Assembly: GCA_963555995.3 (NCBI GenBank) | Contig: OY821641.1 | Span: 288,001 to 352,000 of the forward strand | Source: Vicinamibacteria bacterium | GTDB taxonomy: Bacteria > Acidobacteriota > Vicinamibacteria > Marinacidobacterales > Marinacidobacteraceae | Direction of reading: 5' to 3' | DNA length: 64,000 nucleotides | Part shown: positions 1-9,040 of the stretch, one piece after another | How the letters are laid out: each line of letters starts with the position of its first letter | How positions within the stretch are numbered: the stretch's first letter is position 1 | Notes under the pieces: generated by a model | The model's input: the letters and a program-made list of their open reading frames with translations, nothing else | Databases searched by the model: none | Told to the model about the DNA's origin: nothing | Program-made: the position numbers and the translations under genes

Positions 1-1
1 C

Positions 2-352
2 CACGTGAAGCAGGCCGCCGGAGGCAAGGTGGTGGCCGGCGTCGGCTTTGCGGGCGCGGGTTCGACGGACCACTCGCGCGCGGTGGGCGAGGAGATCTTC
101 CGGGAGACCGCCAAGGTCCTCCCGGCGGCGGCCGGCCTCGATGTGGACGAGGTCAGCCTTGGCTACCGGGTGCTACCCAGCGACGGACACCCGATTGTCG
201 GTTTCGATCCGGCGGCGCCCGGCATCTACTTCGCTTCGATGCACAGCGGGATCACCATGGCCCCCGTCATGGGGATGTTCGCCGCCATGGAGATCCTCGA
301 CGACGTCGAAGTCACCCTGTTGTCGGACTACCGGCTGGCGCGGTTCGCGTAG
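2..352 (+). CDS. FAD-dependent oxidoreductase, DAO/glycine oxidase family (C-terminal part; truncated by window start)
   Basis: GYRVLPSDGHPIVG and MHSGITMAP motifs typical of the DAO-family C-terminus. Confidence 0.8.
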   Translation, partial: HVKQAAGGKVVAGVGFAGAGSTDHSRAVGEEIFRETAKVLPAAAGLDVDEVSLGYRVLPSDGHPIVGFDPAAPGIYFASMHSGITMAPVMGMFAAMEILDDVEVTLLSDYRLARFA

Positions 353-390
353 CGCGCCTCCGGTTCCGCTGATCGGCGCCGGACGGACGA

Positions 391-530
391 TTCCCTGAAC
401 GCGGTTGGGTTCGGATTCCAGCCAACCCCCCTTCGGGCTGCCGCTTGGGGATGGGTGGGTCTTCGCGCGACAGCCCCCGGCAACGCCGGACGCCGGATGT
501 AAGGAGGTGAACTTTCCAGCGCAGCGGGAA
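391..530. ncRNA. Candidate structured small RNA between convergent genes
   Basis: Several hairpins (GGTTGG/CCAACC, CCC-TTC-GGG, CCGGC/GCCGG), closing TTCCC/GGGAA ends, and an extended -10 TGGTATATT on the minus strand at 537-529. No Rfam family recognised. Confidence 0.3.
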
Positions 531-562
531 TATACCACATCCGGAGGCCCATAAGCCACCAG

Positions 563-1522
563 TTACCGGCTGTCATAGGCCCGGAAAACGACCTCCAGAT
601 CGCGCCGCGCGGTCTCGAAATCGGAACGTGGTCGGCGCGCGGGATTACGGACCGACCGGAGGAAATCCTGGGCCATCGCGCGAAACCCCATGAGGTCCTG
701 GAGCGGTCCCGCACGGAACGCGAATCGCCGCCCCGCGCGCAAGGCGAGGTAGAGCCCGTTGCTCTCGAAGACGATGCGGCCGTCCTCGCCTTCCACGAAC
801 GAGTGCTGGAGGATTCCTCCCGGGAGCGAGGGGGTGTTCCAGCCGTAGCGGACTTCGGCGCGGGTTCCGGACGGGTACTCGAGTTCGAGGAGAGCGTGCC
901 GCTCCGGCTCGCCTCCGCCCGGAAAGTCCGCCCGCACCACGGCCGGCTCGGCCCCGACGATGGCGCCGAGGAGCGCGACGAAATGGATGCCGCCCTCGAG
1001 CAGGGTGCCGTGCCCGATCCGCCAGCCGGTGGGTTGCTGCCGGGTGAGCTTCGACACCCGCACCCGGCGCAGCGGCCCGATCTCCGGGAGCCATCCTCGG
1101 AGGCGGTCCAGGGACGGCTTGTAGAGGTAGTTCTCCGCGACCGTCAGGGCGCCGGGCGGCCGCCCGATCAGGGCGCGGCCGATCGCTTCGACTTCGGCGC
1201 GTGAACGCGCCATCGGTTTTTCGACGAGGACCGACTTGCCGGCTTCGAGTGCGGCGACTGTCTGGGCGGCGTGGTGTTCGAGCGGCGAGCAGATGGCGAC
1301 CGCCGCGATGTCCGGACGCTCCAGAGCCTCCTCGAAACCGGCGAGCGCCTTGCCGGAGAACCGCGCCGCGAGGGCCCGGGCCGAATCGGGACTCCGGCTG
1401 GTGAACGCGAGTTGCGCGCGCCGCGTGAGGTTGGCCGCGTGCACGCGGGCGATCCGGCCGCAACCGACGATGGCGACCGCCGGAACCCCGGGGGCGGCGT
1501 ACGCGTCAGGCTCTCCGGTCAA
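563..1522 (-). CDS. Gfo/Idh/MocA family oxidoreductase
   Basis: VAIVGCGRIA Rossmann motif, VLVEKPMA, GIH. TTG start overlaps the GMC stop (TTGA). Confidence 0.85.
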   Translation of the reverse strand: MTGEPDAYAAPGVPAVAIVGCGRIARVHAANLTRRAQLAFTSRSPDSARALAARFSGKALAGFEEALERPDIAAVAICSPLEHHAAQTVAALEAGKSVLVEKPMARSRAEVEAIGRALIGRPPGALTVAENYLYKPSLDRLRGWLPEIGPLRRVRVSKLTRQQPTGWRIGHGTLLEGGIHFVALLGAIVGAEPAVVRADFPGGGEPERHALLELEYPSGTRAEVRYGWNTPSLPGGILQHSFVEGEDGRIVFESNGLYLALRAGRRFAFRAGPLQDLMGFRAMAQDFLRSVRNPARRPRSDFETARRDLEVVFRAYDSR

Positions 1523-3039
1523 GACGTTCTCCGGTTCACGATCCCCTCCGCGATCCGGAGGGCTCCGGCCGCAATTGTGAGACTGGGGTTGACCCCTCCG
1601 GAAGCGGGGAAGGTGCTGCCGTCGGTGACGAAGAGGTTGTCGAGCCCGCGTACCCGGCCCGCCGGGTCGAGCGGCGCGTCCTCCCCCCCGTTTCCCATCC
1701 GGACCGTGCCCACCGCATGGGAGAACGAGGAAATGGGCCAGACGTGGGTGGCGAGCGCGCCCGCCGCGCGGAGGATCTGCCGCGCCCGCCGCACGAGCGA
1801 CTGCAACCGGTCGTGGTCGGCCCTCCGGTAGCGGTGCTCGACCCGAATCCGCTGCATGCCGAACGCGTCCGTCCCGTCTTCCAGATACACCCGGTTGGCC
1901 GGGTCCGGTTCGTCCTCCGCGACGCAGAGGAGATTCTGGAGCCGGTTCACGACCGGCTTCGCGAGGAAAGCGCCGGCGACCTTCCCGGCGGCTCGCCGGA
2001 CGACGCCGGCGTCCGGGGTGTAGATGTCCTGGATCACTCCCACCGCGCGGCCGTCCCGCTCCCGCGCTTCTTCGTAGAAGTCGGTGAAACAGACCTGTTT
2101 GTGGAACACCTGTTCCGGGTTCGTGCGGAAGGGGAAGAGCCCGGCGACCACCGCGTTGCAGTGCCGCATGAGGAACCGGCCGACGGGAAGCGCCTCCGCG
2201 CCATCTCCGCCAACGCCGGACCGGAGGAGGATCGCCGGGCTGCCGAGGGCGCCGGCGGCGAGCACGAAGAGGGGCGCCTCGAACGAAACCGGCTCGCCCG
2301 ATTCCTGATCGAAGCACTCGGCGCCGACCGCCCGTGCGCGACGGATCCGAAGCCTCGAGACCACGATTCCGGCACGGACCGCGAGGCCCTTCCCCGCGGC
2401 GCGGCGCAGGATTCCGGCGGCGTCGTTCTTGGCTTCGATGGCGCAGGGGAAGCCGTCGCAGGTGTTGCAGCGCACACACCGGGGCCCGTCCGCCCCCGAG
2501 AAGTTGATTGCCAGCGGGATCGGGAACGGTCGAAAACCGAGTCGCTCGCCCGCCCGCCGGATACGTTCGGCCGGCGCCGACCAGGGAATGGAGGCGAAGG
2601 GATAGGGCCCCGACCGCGGGGGTTCGAGGGGATCGGCGCCTGCGGCGCCGTGGACGCCGAGCAGCCGCTCCGCCTCCGTGTAGAAGGGCTCCAGATCGCG
2701 GTAATCCAAGGGCCAGCGGCCGAAGTCCGGGGGCCGGAGCCGGAGCGAGGCGCCGCCGTAGAACACCGACATCCCGCCGACCGTCTCGTTCATGGGGAGC
2801 GGGCGAAACCGGCGATCGCCGGGTTGCCGCACCGAAAGGGGCGTCTGCCCCCGGTAGCGGAGGTCGCTCAGGATCGCCCGCGGGTTCCAGTCACCCTCGT
2901 CCCGGTGCGGCCAGCGCCCCCGCTCGAGGACCAGCACCCGGGCCCCGGCCTCGGTGAGCCGGTGGGCCGCAAGCGCTCCACCGAGGCCGGAGCCGATGAC
3001 GATCGCGTCCCAGCCGGCGGCGTCGTCCGAGCGGGACAC
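1519..3039 (-). CDS. GMC family flavoprotein oxidoreductase
   Basis: IVIGSGLGG FAD motif, CVRCNTCDGFPC cluster, HAVGTVRMG, GVNPSLTI. Confidence 0.9.
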   Translation of the reverse strand: MSRSDDAAGWDAIVIGSGLGGALAAHRLTEAGARVLVLERGRWPHRDEGDWNPRAILSDLRYRGQTPLSVRQPGDRRFRPLPMNETVGGMSVFYGGASLRLRPPDFGRWPLDYRDLEPFYTEAERLLGVHGAAGADPLEPPRSGPYPFASIPWSAPAERIRRAGERLGFRPFPIPLAINFSGADGPRCVRCNTCDGFPCAIEAKNDAAGILRRAAGKGLAVRAGIVVSRLRIRRARAVGAECFDQESGEPVSFEAPLFVLAAGALGSPAILLRSGVGGDGAEALPVGRFLMRHCNAVVAGLFPFRTNPEQVFHKQVCFTDFYEEARERDGRAVGVIQDIYTPDAGVVRRAAGKVAGAFLAKPVVNRLQNLLCVAEDEPDPANRVYLEDGTDAFGMQRIRVEHRYRRADHDRLQSLVRRARQILRAAGALATHVWPISSFSHAVGTVRMGNGGEDAPLDPAGRVRGLDNLFVTDGSTFPASGGVNPSLTIAAGALRIAEGIVNRRTS

Positions 3040-3055
3040 GGCCCGAAGGCGTCCG

Positions 3056-3859
3056 TTACCCGGCGGCGCCGGCCTCGAGGAAGGCGGTGGCGGCGACCGC
3101 CAGGATCAGGACCCAGGCGCCGTAGTGGAAGCCTTCGCGCCGAAAGGACTCCATCCGGGGCAGGTCGGGCCGGAACTTCCCGGACATGTTCCGCTGGATG
3201 TAGGTCTTGTAGTACTCCACGAGGAACCGCTCCAGCCCCCCGTTCATGTAGATCAGGATCCCGAGCGCGACGGGCTCGCCGGGTGTCCGGAGCCAGAAGA
3301 AGAGCGGCGAAGCGACGGCAAGCGTAAGCCCGGAGCGGAAGAACTTGAGGGTGTGGAACCCCTCGAAGGGGGCGTCCTTCCAGGCGCCGCCTCCCGAGAC
3401 CAGCAGGCCGGTCAGGTAGGCGACCACCAGATAGGCCCAGAAGCCGGTCACCGGCGTCCCGAGGAAGAGCACCGCGATGACGCCGGAGACGAGCACGACG
3501 CCCGCGGCGGCCCGGAGCGCGCGGCTCCTCACCGGCCGTCCGAGGATCGTGAGCGCCGAGGGGACGAAGTACTTCTCCTGTGGCTCCTCCCGGAAGCAGC
3601 CCTTGTGGAGTTCGGTGAGGAAGCGTTCGAGCCCCATCACCAGGAAGAAGAGCTGGACCAGTCCCAGTTCGGCCACCCGTTCGCGAAGGACGGGAACCGC
3701 GAGCAGGAACGCGAAGATGACGAGCGAGAACAGGACGCTGCGCGGAAACGTGCGCGGCTTGAACCCTTCCCAGGGCGAGTCCTTGAACCCGCCCCACAAA
3801 GAGGTGTAGAGCCCCGAAAGGAGCGAAACCACCAGCCCGCCGAGGATCCCGGCGCTCAT
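3056..3859 (-). CDS. Uncharacterised multi-pass membrane protein with internal duplication
   Basis: Hydrophobic helices; repeated GG.(W/F)KD.P(W/F)EGF...F.RS and GLERFL.E..K motifs. Confidence 0.75.
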   Translation of the reverse strand: MSAGILGGLVVSLLSGLYTSLWGGFKDSPWEGFKPRTFPRSVLFSLVIFAFLLAVPVLRERVAELGLVQLFFLVMGLERFLTELHKGCFREEPQEKYFVPSALTILGRPVRSRALRAAAGVVLVSGVIAVLFLGTPVTGFWAYLVVAYLTGLLVSGGGAWKDAPFEGFHTLKFFRSGLTLAVASPLFFWLRTPGEPVALGILIYMNGGLERFLVEYYKTYIQRNMSGKFRPDLPRMESFRREGFHYGAWVLILAVAATAFLEAGAAG

Positions 3860-3865
3860 CGGGAG

Positions 3866-6118
3866 CTACCGGAGAACGTCGAACTGGCGGGTGTACTTGA
3901 CCGTCAGGCTGCGGTTCTGGGGGCCGATCAGGACGTTGCCGAGTCCCTCGGTGTCGTTATAGACGACGAAGAGGCCGGTCCCGGCGGTGTTCAGCCAACT
4001 GAAACGGACGTTCGAGGACCAGATGTCGGCGTCGTCGTTGTACTGGACGAGCGCCTGCAGGTAGATCAGCGGGGTGAAGTTGTACGCGACCCGGAACTGG
4101 CCGAGGTTCGCCACGAAGCCGCCCTCGGCCAACTGGATGTCGTTGTAGAGCCAGGCTACCGAGGTGATGAGGCGGGTTCCCCAGCGGTAGTTGAAGGTGG
4201 TGTCCACCGAGGTCTGGTCGCCCGAGAGGAACCCGCCGTAGTCGAGTGCCCCGTTGTAGGAGAAGGGGGCGGCGCGGTTCGTGTTCCACCGCCAGCCGAG
4301 TTGCCAGTGCTCGTAGGTGCCGGGCGGGACCACGATGCCCTCCCGGATCTCGAAGGGCTCCTGAAGACCCTCCACGATCCGGTTCATCGCCGGACTGAAG
4401 TAGTAGCCGTTCTCGAAGTCGATGTGGCTGTCCACGTGCAGCCGGCTGGTCTCCAGGAAACCGTCCAGGGTCTGGAAGCCGGAGTAGGTGATGTGGGGCC
4501 GGAGCTCGCGGAGGGGGGCCGGAAAACTCTGCAGCCATGCCGGCCGGTAGTAGCCGAAGTAGCCGTAGTCGTAGTTGCGGTAGGCCCTCCGGCGCAGGAA
4601 GCCGACTTCCGGGTTGAAGTTGGAGGCGACTTCGGTCACGCCCCACCAGAGGCGGAGATCCCGGCGGAAGTACTCACCGCGGGCGCTGTAGGCGTACTCC
4701 CCGCCGTCGAGCATCTCGTAACCGGGCGTTTCGGTTCGGGCCGCGAACCCACTGAAGGTGAGCGTCTCGCCAATCCCGAGCCGGCCGTCCACGCCCCAGG
4801 TACGGTTCCAGTCGTCCTCGGAGGAGGGGCCGCTGGTGCCCATCCGGTTCACGAACATGGTCCCGAGCGAGGATCGCTCGCCGAACTCGCGGCTCAGGCT
4901 CATCACGGTGAAGTTGTTGGCCGCGACCACCCCGGCGACCTCCTGGGTCTGCATGTTCAGGAAACCCAGGTTGTAGTCGCCGGCCTTTCCGGAGAGCCGG
5001 GCGCCGCCCAGGATGGGAACGGGGACGCCGCCGGGTCCGATACCGATCCGGCGGCTGAAGAACAGGTCGACCGAACTTCCCCGGCCCATCGAGAAGTTCC
5101 CGGCGTTCTCGAGGAAGAAAGGCCGCTTCTCGGGGAAGAAGAGATTGAAACGGGACAGGTTGATCTGCTGGTCGTCCACCTCCACCTGGGCGAAGTCGGT
5201 GTTGTAGGTGAGGTCCACATTCAAGCTCGGGGTGAGGCCGACCTTGGCATCGACTCCGAAGTCGGTGTTCGTCTGCGTCTCGAGTTCGACCCGGTAGTCG
5301 CGGCCGGCGGCGCCCAGCGCGTAGGGGGTGATCTTGAAGTTGCGGGGGCTCTGAAGTTCGAGTCCGTGCAACTCGCCGGCCGAAGACAGCCGGTAGAGGT
5401 CGTAGATCCGGGCCACCGGGGACCAGTAGTCCTCCTCGCGCTTCCGGCGGATGTTGCGGTGGAAGTTGATCCCCCAGGTCTGCGGGCTCGATCCGTAGCG
5501 CAGGGTCCGCAGCGGGATCGCGAACTCGGCGGACCAGCCCTCGTCCGTCACCTGGGTGGCCACCCTCCAGCTCGCATCCCAGTTCACGTTGAAACCGCCG
5601 CCGGACCCGGTTCGGGCGCGCATCTGGGGTCCGCCGCCGCCTCCGCCGCCTCCGCCGCCGGCGTTGCTCAACTGGCCGTCGTACTCCAGACCCGCCGGAG
5701 TGGTCCCGAAGACGAAGCCGTTCTGGAGGTCGTGGTAGGTGTCGAAGACGACCCGGAAGGAATCCGTGTCCTGCAGGTTGGAGTCGCGCCGCGCGTCGGT
5801 GGCGATGATTCCCGCGGGGTCGCTGTCGTAGAGCATCGCGCCGATATAGACCGCCTCGTCGTCGAAGAGGATGCGTACTTCGGTGCGTTCGGTGGCCGGC
5901 TGGCCTTCGAAGGGCTCCGCCTGGATGAAGTCGGTTAGGGGTTCGGCGGCCGCCCAGACGTCCTCGTCGAGGCGGCCGTCGATCGCCGGCGCCTCGATGG
6001 TGGAAAACGCGCGGCCGATGCGGGTGCCGGTCGCCGATTCGTCTTCGGCGCCCAGGCTGAGCCCTGCCGCGAGAGGCAGGGCGCCGAGGGCGAAGAGGGG
6101 GAGGGCCGGGAAGCGCAT
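3866..6118 (-). CDS. DUF5916/CBM9-like domain outer-membrane protein
   Basis: Signal peptide, IDGRLDE, WSAEFAIP, NTDFAQVEVD, FFPEKRPFFLEN, FFSRRIG. Confidence 0.85.
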   Translation of the reverse strand: MRFPALPLFALGALPLAAGLSLGAEDESATGTRIGRAFSTIEAPAIDGRLDEDVWAAAEPLTDFIQAEPFEGQPATERTEVRILFDDEAVYIGAMLYDSDPAGIIATDARRDSNLQDTDSFRVVFDTYHDLQNGFVFGTTPAGLEYDGQLSNAGGGGGGGGGGPQMRARTGSGGGFNVNWDASWRVATQVTDEGWSAEFAIPLRTLRYGSSPQTWGINFHRNIRRKREEDYWSPVARIYDLYRLSSAGELHGLELQSPRNFKITPYALGAAGRDYRVELETQTNTDFGVDAKVGLTPSLNVDLTYNTDFAQVEVDDQQINLSRFNLFFPEKRPFFLENAGNFSMGRGSSVDLFFSRRIGIGPGGVPVPILGGARLSGKAGDYNLGFLNMQTQEVAGVVAANNFTVMSLSREFGERSSLGTMFVNRMGTSGPSSEDDWNRTWGVDGRLGIGETLTFSGFAARTETPGYEMLDGGEYAYSARGEYFRRDLRLWWGVTEVASNFNPEVGFLRRRAYRNYDYGYFGYYRPAWLQSFPAPLRELRPHITYSGFQTLDGFLETSRLHVDSHIDFENGYYFSPAMNRIVEGLQEPFEIREGIVVPPGTYEHWQLGWRWNTNRAAPFSYNGALDYGGFLSGDQTSVDTTFNYRWGTRLITSVAWLYNDIQLAEGGFVANLGQFRVAYNFTPLIYLQALVQYNDDADIWSSNVRFSWLNTAGTGLFVVYNDTEGLGNVLIGPQNRSLTVKYTRQFDVLR

Positions 6119-6333
6119 AACCGGTCAAATTTACCGCGCCGGACGCCGTCGCGCACGTCTTGAAAACCGCGGGGCCGGGACGGGTTTTCCACGACGCGTG
6201 AGAGCTGCGGAACGCGGCGGTGAGAAGACCGTGAGGACCGTCGGGAGACACTGTTTGCGGGCCGTTCCGGCCCCGGCCGCATGACATAGTTCGCGCCGCC
6301 CGTCCACCCGGCGGGAGAGGAGACACGCAGGAC

Positions 6334-7113
6334 ATGAACGAGAAGGCCCCGGCGAGCACCCGCGAACTGCTGGACTTCGCCACCGAGATCGCCTGGGAGG
6401 CCGGGCGCCTCATCATGAGCCACTTCCAGGTGGGAGTGGGCGTTTCCACGAAGCCGGACCGGACGCCGGTGACGGAGGCGGACATTGCCGGCGAGCGGCT
6501 GCTCCGGAAGCGCATCGAGGCGAAGTTCCCCGGCCACCGGATCCTCGGCGAGGAAGACGGCGAGTCGGGTTCCGACCCCGCCCACCGCTGGATCCTCGAC
6601 CCCATTGACGGCACCACCTCGTTCATCCACGGCGTGCCGCTCTTCGGGATGCTCATCGGCCTCGAGATCAACGACGAGGCCGTGGTCGGGGTGTGCAACA
6701 TCGCCGGACTCGGCGAGATGGTCACCGGGGCCGTGGGGGAGGGGGCCTTCTGGAACGGCCGCCCGGCGCGGGTCTCGAAGGTGACGGAGATCGGGAACGC
6801 GCTCGCCACCACCACCGATCCGGCGACCATCGGCCCCATCTGGGACGCGGTCGGCGCGAGAGGCGCGGTCCGCCGCACCTGGGGCGACGCCTTCGGCCAC
6901 GCGCTGGTGTGCACCGGCCGCTCCGAAATCGGCCTCGATCCCGAGATGAAGGCGTGGGATTCGAGCCCGTTCCTGCCGATCCTCGAAGAGGCGGGCGGCC
7001 GCTTCACCGACTGGGACGGCAACCGCACCATCCACGGCCCGAACGCGCTGAGCACCAACGGCGCCCTGCACGACGAGGTCCTGGAGCTCCTCGCCGAAGT
7101 CGGCGGCAAGTAG
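6334..7113 (+). CDS. hisN: Histidinol-phosphatase, inositol monophosphatase family
   Basis: PVTEAD, ILGEE, WILDPIDGT, RTWGDAFG...AWD motifs. Confidence 0.75.
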   Translation: MNEKAPASTRELLDFATEIAWEAGRLIMSHFQVGVGVSTKPDRTPVTEADIAGERLLRKRIEAKFPGHRILGEEDGESGSDPAHRWILDPIDGTTSFIHGVPLFGMLIGLEINDEAVVGVCNIAGLGEMVTGAVGEGAFWNGRPARVSKVTEIGNALATTTDPATIGPIWDAVGARGAVRRTWGDAFGHALVCTGRSEIGLDPEMKAWDSSPFLPILEEAGGRFTDWDGNRTIHGPNALSTNGALHDEVLELLAEVGGK

Positions 7114-7144
7114 CAAGGACCCTGGCTGGCGCGAGTACGCGCAC

Positions 7145-7210
7145 GGCTTGGAACGCCGGTCTCCAGACCGGCACGCGCGGCGCTCCGCGCCGCGCACGTC
7201 GTAACCCCAC
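7145..7210 (+). repeat. REP-like double-hairpin repeat (family A)
   Basis: TTGGAAC-GCCGGTCT-CC-AGACCGGC-AC-GCGCGGCGC-TCC-GCGCCGCGC-ACGTCGTAACCCC; recurs throughout the window. Confidence 0.9.
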
Positions 7211-7223
7211 CCACCATCATGGC

Positions 7224-7299
7224 ACCCACGTGGCCAGCGCAGGTCAGGCGGGATGCATCGGCGTTCGAATGCCGCGTGACTTTGTCCACCGGCTGCTAG
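7224..7299 (+). mobile_element. Partial tandem copy of the CTAG-bounded MITE (right end)
   Basis: GGGATGCATCGGCGTTCGAATGCCGCGTGACTTTGTCCACCGGCTGCTAG resembles 7430-7482. Confidence 0.65.
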
Positions 7300-7482
7300 C
7301 AGCCTGTGGTGAAACCCACGTGAGCGCCGAGACGGGCGAGGCGCCCGGCTGACAAGGCGCGTGAGGGAGGAATACCCGGTGTATTCCGACCGAAACGCAA
7401 CGCAGAGCGCCTCGTAGAGGCGCGGTTCAGCGGGGATGCATCGCCCGTCGAACGCCGCGTGGGTTTTGCCACCGGCTGCTAG
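7296..7482 (+). mobile_element. MITE with about 25-bp imperfect terminal inverted repeats, bounded by CTAG
   Basis: CTAGCAGCCTGTGGTGAAACCCACG ... CGTGGGTTTTGCCACCGGCTGCTAG; homologues at 14294 and 37244. Confidence 0.8.
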
Positions 7483-7510
7483 GGTTTCCCACCGGCCGCA
7501 AGACCGACTC

Positions 7511-8932
7511 ATGCACGCCATTCCCACCCACAGCCTCCTCCTCGCCGTGCCGCTTGCCGGGGCGGCGTGTTCCGGTTCCGAGGCACCCGCTGCGCAGCCG
7601 GCCGAGCGTCTCCTGATCGACGGCGGCACCGTGGTGGTGATGGACGACGCGGGGACGATCCTCGAAGGCGGCGCGGTGCTCGTCGAGGGCGACCGGATTG
7701 CCGGGCTCTTCGACCGGGCAGCGCCTCGGCCGTCCGGGATCCCCACCCTCGACGCCACCGGGCAACTCGTCATCCCCGGGCTCATCAACACCCACGGGCA
7801 CGCCGCAATGTCCCTGCTCCGCGGGCTCGCGGACGACCTGCCGCTGATGGACTGGCTGGAACAGAACATCTTCCCGGCCGAAGCCGAACTCGTGGCGCCC
7901 GACTTCGTCTATTGGGGAACGCTCCTGTCGTCCATCGAGATGCTGAAGAGCGGGACGACCACCTTCACCGACATGTACTACTTCCGGGACGAGGTGGCCC
8001 GGGCGACGATCGAGGCCGGGATTCGCGCTGTGGTCGGCCCGCACGTGATCGGCTTCCCGACCCCCGATTTCGCGACCCCGGAGGAATCGCTCGCCGAGGC
8101 GGATGCTTTCATGGAGCGGTACCGGGACCATCCGCTCCTCATCCCCGGCACCGCCGCCCACGCGCTCTACACGACTCCCCTGGCGCCCACTCGGGCCGCC
8201 TTCGAGGTCGCGGAGCGCCACGACGCTCCCTTCCAGATCCACGTGGTGGAAGCCCGCGATGAGGACGGGCGGATCGAGGCGGCGATCGGCATGCGCACGA
8301 TCGACGCGCTGGAGTCCATCGGGGCGCTCCGGCCGGGAACGGTCCTCGCGCACGGCACCTACCTGTCGGACGAGGACATCCGCAAGGTCGCAGCGGGAGG
8401 CGCCGGGGTGGTCCACAACCCGGAGAGCAACATGAAACTCGGCGCGGACCGGGCGGCCCCGGTGGAGGCGCTCCTTGCCGCTGGCGTTCCGGTGGGTCTT
8501 GGCACCGACGGCCCCGCGAGCAACAACGACCTCGACATGTTCGGTGAGATGGACACCGCCGCGAAGCTGCACAAGTTCGCGACCGGCGATCCGACCTCGC
8601 TGCCGGCCGAGACGGTCTTCCGGATGGCCACCACCTACGGCGCGCGGGTGCTGAACCAGCAGGACCAGATCGGCTCCCTCGACGTCGGCAAGAAGGCCGA
8701 CATCGTGCTGGTGGAAACCCGGCGCGCGGGGATGACGCCGCTCTATCGCCCCTACTCCCACCTCGTCTACGTGACCCGGGGGAGCGATGTCCGTACCGTG
8801 CTGGTAAACGGGCGGGTCGTCGTACGCGACGCCGAGATCACCACCGTGGACGAGGTCGAGGTGATGGAGAAGGCCCGGGCGTTCGCCGACCAGGTCCGCG
8901 AGGTCGTGGCGCGGGTGAACGCCGGCCGCTGA
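7511..8932 (+). CDS. Amidohydrolase, MtaD/DadD-like deaminase, with probable lipoprotein signal
   Basis: PGLINTHGH, QIHVVE, LAHG, GLGTDGPASNNDLDMFGEM; N-terminal LAGAAC lipobox-like sequence. Confidence 0.85.
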   Translation: MHAIPTHSLLLAVPLAGAACSGSEAPAAQPAERLLIDGGTVVVMDDAGTILEGGAVLVEGDRIAGLFDRAAPRPSGIPTLDATGQLVIPGLINTHGHAAMSLLRGLADDLPLMDWLEQNIFPAEAELVAPDFVYWGTLLSSIEMLKSGTTTFTDMYYFRDEVARATIEAGIRAVVGPHVIGFPTPDFATPEESLAEADAFMERYRDHPLLIPGTAAHALYTTPLAPTRAAFEVAERHDAPFQIHVVEARDEDGRIEAAIGMRTIDALESIGALRPGTVLAHGTYLSDEDIRKVAAGGAGVVHNPESNMKLGADRAAPVEALLAAGVPVGLGTDGPASNNDLDMFGEMDTAAKLHKFATGDPTSLPAETVFRMATTYGARVLNQQDQIGSLDVGKKADIVLVETRRAGMTPLYRPYSHLVYVTRGSDVRTVLVNGRVVVRDAEITTVDEVEVMEKARAFADQVREVVARVNAGR

Positions 8933-8963
8933 CCGGGGCCGTCGCGCGGTTCAGCTTTCTGGA

Positions 8964-9012
8964 CGCCCGCCGGAGGCGGGCGGTGCCGGTCTGGAGACCG
9001 GCGTTCCAAGCC
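8964..9012 (-). repeat. REP-like repeat (family A) with a variant second hairpin
   Basis: CGCCCGCC-GGA-GGCGGGCG followed by GTGCCGGTCTGGAGACCGGCGTTCCAAGCC. Confidence 0.85.
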
Positions 9013-9040
9013 GGGGGTATACCGGGGTTCGCGGTCCCGA

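Noticed and set aside
404-430. GGGTTCGGATTCC as a tRNA T-arm
   Set aside because: No cloverleaf, anticodon arm or acceptor stem can be built.
495-515. AAGGAGGTGA as a fragment of a 16S rRNA gene
   Set aside because: Only about 11 nt match, and no other rRNA sequence flanks it.
5630-5662. Gly10 tract (GGC/GGA repeats) as a phase-variable repeat
   Set aside because: It is an in-frame trinucleotide linker with mixed codons and cannot shift the frame.
2954-5938. Very long antisense or alternate-frame ORFs (also 19333-22737, 55365-57965, 4674-7289)
   Set aside because: These are shadow ORFs expected at high GC. They overlap well-supported genes and have Arg/Pro/Gly-rich, motif-free translations.
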